Translations under genes and position numbers: made by a program
NCBI RefSeq assembly: GCF_032444005.1
Contig: NC_091282.1
Span: forward strand, 662,222,001-662,286,000
DNA length: 64,000 bases
Direction of reading: 5' to 3'
Origin: Ranitomeya imitator
Taxonomy: Eukaryota
The notes under the pieces: model-generated
Databases searched by the model: none
What the model saw: only the letters and a program-made list of their open reading frames with translations
What the model was told of the DNA's origin: nothing
Part shown: one piece after another, positions 59,937 through 64,000 of the stretch
Position numbering within the stretch: position 1 is the first letter of the stretch
Layout of the letters: the number at the start of each line of letters is the position of its first letter

Positions 59937-60093
59937 CTGTCGCTCTGCCCCCATGGAGAAGAGGGTGTTCTGGCAGTTTGTGGGGGTCATGTTGGCGGGG
60001 ACCGTTGCACTTTCCCTCCTGGTGATTTCACGGCAGAGGACACTGGATCGGCGAGCACTGGAGAAAGTGCGCAAACAGATTGAGTCCATCTAA
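59937..60093 (+). CDS. JTB: JTB exon 5 (TM helix and C-terminus)
   Basis: CRSAPMEKRVFWQFVGVMLAGTVALSLLVISRQRTLDRRALEKVRKQIESI*, with the JTB signature C-terminus. Confidence 0.95.
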
Positions 60094-60420
60094 TCAGGGG
60101 CGCGGTCTAAAACTGCGGAGTCACAGTGGACCTGCCCCTGCGGAATGCAAGAGCCATCCGTTTTATTATCCTGGATCTCCCATGTGTCTGGTACCATCCA
60201 GTGCTCTCTACATGGTCGTATGTGTGCAATATGGCAGATGGATATGGAAATTTATCGTCATCGAATCTTTGTGTGATGATGGCTCCCAGCCTATCAGAGA
60301 CCAGGAAACTCTGGTGAAAATCCCACAAGTGCTCCACCAGCATGGAATGATATACCAATGGCAGACTCACTGACTGGACTGTGTTTATTACACATCATGT
60401 CATGGTTTTCTTATTTGGAC

Positions 60421-60426
60421 AATAAA
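60421..60426 (+). terminator. JTB: JTB poly(A) signal
   Basis: AATAAA ~330 nt after the stop. Confidence 0.65.
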
Positions 60427-60469
60427 GTTATGACAGATTGAGTCTGTCCAATGTGAGCGCTCCATTATC

Positions 60470-63195
60470 TAACACCACCAGCAGAATAGTGATTGCAGCT
60501 CTGGAGTATAATATAGGATATGTAATGTATGTACATAGTGACTTCACCAGCAAAATAGTGAGTGCAGCTCTGGAGTATAATACAGGATGTTACTCAGGAT
60601 CAGTAATGTACTGTATGTACACAGTGACTGCACCAGCAGAATAGTGATTGCAGCTCTGGAGTATAATATAGGATATGTAATGTATGTACATAGTGACTTC
60701 ACCAGCAAAATAGTGAGTGCAGCTCTGGAGTATAATACAGGATGTTACTCAGGATCAGTAATGTAATGTATGTACACAGTGACTGCACCAGCAGAATAGT
60801 GAGTGCAGCTCTGGAGTATAATACAGGATGTAACTCTGGATCAGTACAGGATCAGCAATGTATGTACACAGTGACTGCACCAGCAGAATAGTGAGTGCAG
60901 CTCTGGAGTATAATACAGGATGTAACTCGGGATCAGTACAGGATCAGTAATGTATTTACACAGTGATTGCACCAGCAGAATAGTGAGTGCAGCTCTGGAG
61001 TATAATACAGGATGTAACTCCGGATCAGTAATGTATGTACACAGTGACTGCACCAGCAGAATAGTGAATGCAGCTCTGGAGTATAATACAGGATGTAACT
61101 CAGGATCAGCACAGGATCAGTAATGTAATGTACAGTATGTACACAGTGACTGCACCAGCAGAATAGTGAATGCAGCTCTGGACTATAATACAGGATGTAA
61201 CTCAGGATCAGTAATGTTATGTATGTACACAGTGACTGCACCAGCAGAATAGTGAATGCAGCTCTGGGGTATAATACAGGATGTTACTCAGGATCAGTAC
61301 CGGGTCAGTAATGTAATGTATGTACACAGTGACTGTACCAGCAGAATAGTGAGTGCAGCTCAGGGGTATAATACAGGATGTAACTAAGGATCAGCACTGG
61401 ATCAGTAATGTACAGTATGTACACAGTGACTGCACCAGCAGAAAAGTGAATGCAGCTCTGGACTATAATACAGGTTGTAACTCAGGATCAGTAATGTATT
61501 TACACAATGATTGCACCAGCAGAATAGTGAGTGCAGCTCTGGAGTATAATACAGGATGTAACTCCGGATCAGTAATGTATGTACACAGTGACTGCACCAG
61601 CAGAATAGTGAATGCAGCTCTGGAGTATAATACAGGATGTAACTCAGGATCAGCACAGGATCAGTAATGTAATGTACAGTATGTACACAGTGACTGCACC
61701 AGCAGAATAGTGAGTGCAGCTCTGGAGTATAATACAGGATGTAACTCAGGATCAGCACAGGATCAGTAATGTAATATACAGTATGTACACAGTGACTGCA
61801 CCAGCAGAAAAGTGAATGCAGCTCTGGACTATAATACAGGTTGTAACTCAGGATCAGTAATGTATTTACACAGTGATTGCACCAGCAAAATAGTGAGTGC
61901 AGCTCTGGAGTATAATACAGGATGTAACTCTGGATCAGTAATGTATGTACACAGTGACTGCATCAGCAGAATAGTGAATGCAGCTCTGGAGTATAATACA
62001 GGATGTAACTCAGGATCAGCACAGGATCAGTAATTTAATGTACAGTATGTACACAGTGACTGCACCAGCAGAATAGTGAATGCAGCTCTGGACTATAATA
62101 CAGGATGTAATTCAGTATCAGTACAGGATCAGTAATGTTATGTATGTACACAGTGACTGCACCAGCAGAATAGTGAATGCAGCTCTGGAGTATAATACAG
62201 GATGTTACTCAGGATCAGTACCGGGTCAGTAATGTATGTACACAGTGACTGTACCAGCAGAATAGTGAGTGCAGCTCAGGGGTATAATACAGGATGTAAT
62301 TCAGTATCAGTACAGGATCAGTAATGTACAGTATGTACACAGTGACTGCACCAGCAGAATAGTGAATGCAGCTCTGGACTATAATACAGGTTGTAACTCA
62401 GGATTAGTAATGTATGTACACAGTGACTGCACCAGCAGAATAGTGAGTGCAGCTCTGGGGTATAATACAGGATGTAACTCAGGATTAGTAATGTATGTAC
62501 ACAGTGACTGCACCAGCAGAATAGTGAATGCAGCTCTGGAGTATAATACAGGATGTTACTCAGGATCAGTACCGGGTCAGTAATGTATGTACACAGTGAC
62601 TGTACCAGCAGAATAGTGAGTGCAGCTCAGGGGTATAATACAGGACGTAACTAAGGATCAGCAGATCAGCACAGGATCAGTAATGTAATGTACAGTATGT
62701 ACACATTGACTGCACCAGCAGAATAGTGAATGCAGCTCTGGACTAAAATACAGGTTTTAACTCAGGATCAGTAATGTATTTACACAGTGATTGCACCAGC
62801 AGAATAGTGAATGCAGCTCTGGAGTATAATATAGGATATGTAATGTATGTACATAGTGACTCCACCAGCAGAATAGTGAGTGCAGCTCTGGAGTATAATA
62901 CAGGATGTAACTCAGGATCAGTAATGTATATACACAGTGACTGCACCAGCAGAATAGTGAGTGCAGCTCTGGAGTATAATACAGGATGTTACTCAGGATC
63001 AGTAATGTAATGTATGTACACAGTGACTGCACCAGCAGAATAGTGAGTGCAGCTCTGGAGTATAATACACAATGTAACTCGGGATCAGTGCAGGATAAGC
63101 AATGTATATATGTATGTATACAGTGAGTGCAGCTCTGGAGTATAATACAGGATGTAACTCCGGTTCAGTAATGTATGTACACAGTGACTGCATGT
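60470..63195. repeat. Second array of the ~81-bp repeat family, heterogeneous units
   Basis: GTGACTGCACCAGCAGAATAGTGA(G/A)TGCAGCTCTGGAGTATAATACAGGATGTAACTCAGGATCAGT with variable inserts. Confidence 0.95.
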
Positions 63196-64000
63196 AAAAA
63201 TCAGCAAAGAAGGCGTATTCTGTCCAACACACCTTTATGTCCTCTCTATACAAATAGCCAGGAGAGACAGTTTATAAACTGAAACATAACTTTTAATAAA
63301 TATGTTCCTATTAAAACCATTGGATAATTCACAACAGGACAAAACAGTGATAAAGTGCTCAATGTAACCAGTGCTCAATAAAAAATGGTTTTATCTCACC
63401 AAATCTGTAGTCTCTTTCTGCCGGTTGCAGGAGCACATACGACAAATTATATAAATCAGGGAGAAGGGAAGAGTTTCTATTTTACCCCTGTAGTGCTCCT
63501 GCCCTTACAAGGACAGTCCCCAAGTAAGACTAATAGATTGTGCCTAGCAAACCATGTAGGATCTTCTACGTGTTTCTTCCCCCATTCGGGGGGGGGGGGG
63601 GGCGGGGGAATTCATCAGGGGAGAGAAATGTAGAAATTGTGGGAGTTCAAAAGCCCCTGCATTGGCAGGTGGCTCGGATGTACAGTCACTCAAGTTTTAG
63701 GTTCAGACTGAATCTGTTTGGTAAGGATAAAATCACCATCCACACTACCCTCCTTAAGTAGTTTTCTGTTCCCCCCCCCCCCCCCTTAATTGCTTGGCGT
63801 CTTCTATCATTTCCGGTTAGTGCACATGTGTCCGAACACAACTAGAACATACCTCCCGATCTTCCGTGATAGCTTCCGGACCGTGGACCGCATGGTGGAA
63901 TGCAGACACGCCGGAAATATAGTCATAATGAATGTGGATGGATATAGAAATGTCTTTCCCTTCTAGATGACTGAACTACATATGCACGGGTAACAAGAAA

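Noticed and set aside
63200-64000. AT-rich segment resembling a Penelope-like 3' region
   Set aside because: No TSD, inverted arm or ribozyme core is visible in the window, and it is truncated by the window edge.

Overview
Vertebrate nuclear DNA, not prokaryotic: it has GT-AG introns and vertebrate orthologues. The repeat repertoire suggests a frog/anuran, which is an inference. Four intact multi-exon genes can be reconstructed with in-phase splice sites: TPM3 (+; exons 1b, 3-5, alternative 6a/6b, 7, 8, alternative 9a-9d; 21177-36722), RPS27 (-; 43266-40676, 84 aa), RAB13 (+; 47446-53591, 201 aa) and JTB (+; 58640-60093, 141 aa). Order and orientation match the human 1q21.3 block, except that NUP210L is not seen between TPM3 and RPS27. 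The first ~21 kb is a transposon nest: the 3' end of a chromodomain Ty3/Gypsy element, a CR1 LINE fragment, an LTR-bounded element carrying a cold-shock/OB-fold-like ORF, and a ~9.6 kb decayed PIF/Harbinger element. The Harbinger copy is invaded by MITEs, an L2 fragment and a Penelope-like foldback with a truncated hammerhead core. Introns carry large minisatellites (30, 34, 39/44, 46 and 81 bp units), a Tc1 element and many MITEs. Most long ORFs in the supplied track are minisatellite read-through artefacts. No CRISPR, rRNA or tRNA genes were seen. The best novelty candidates are the CSD-like cargo ORF in the LTR element and the foldback insertions with 14-bp target duplications.
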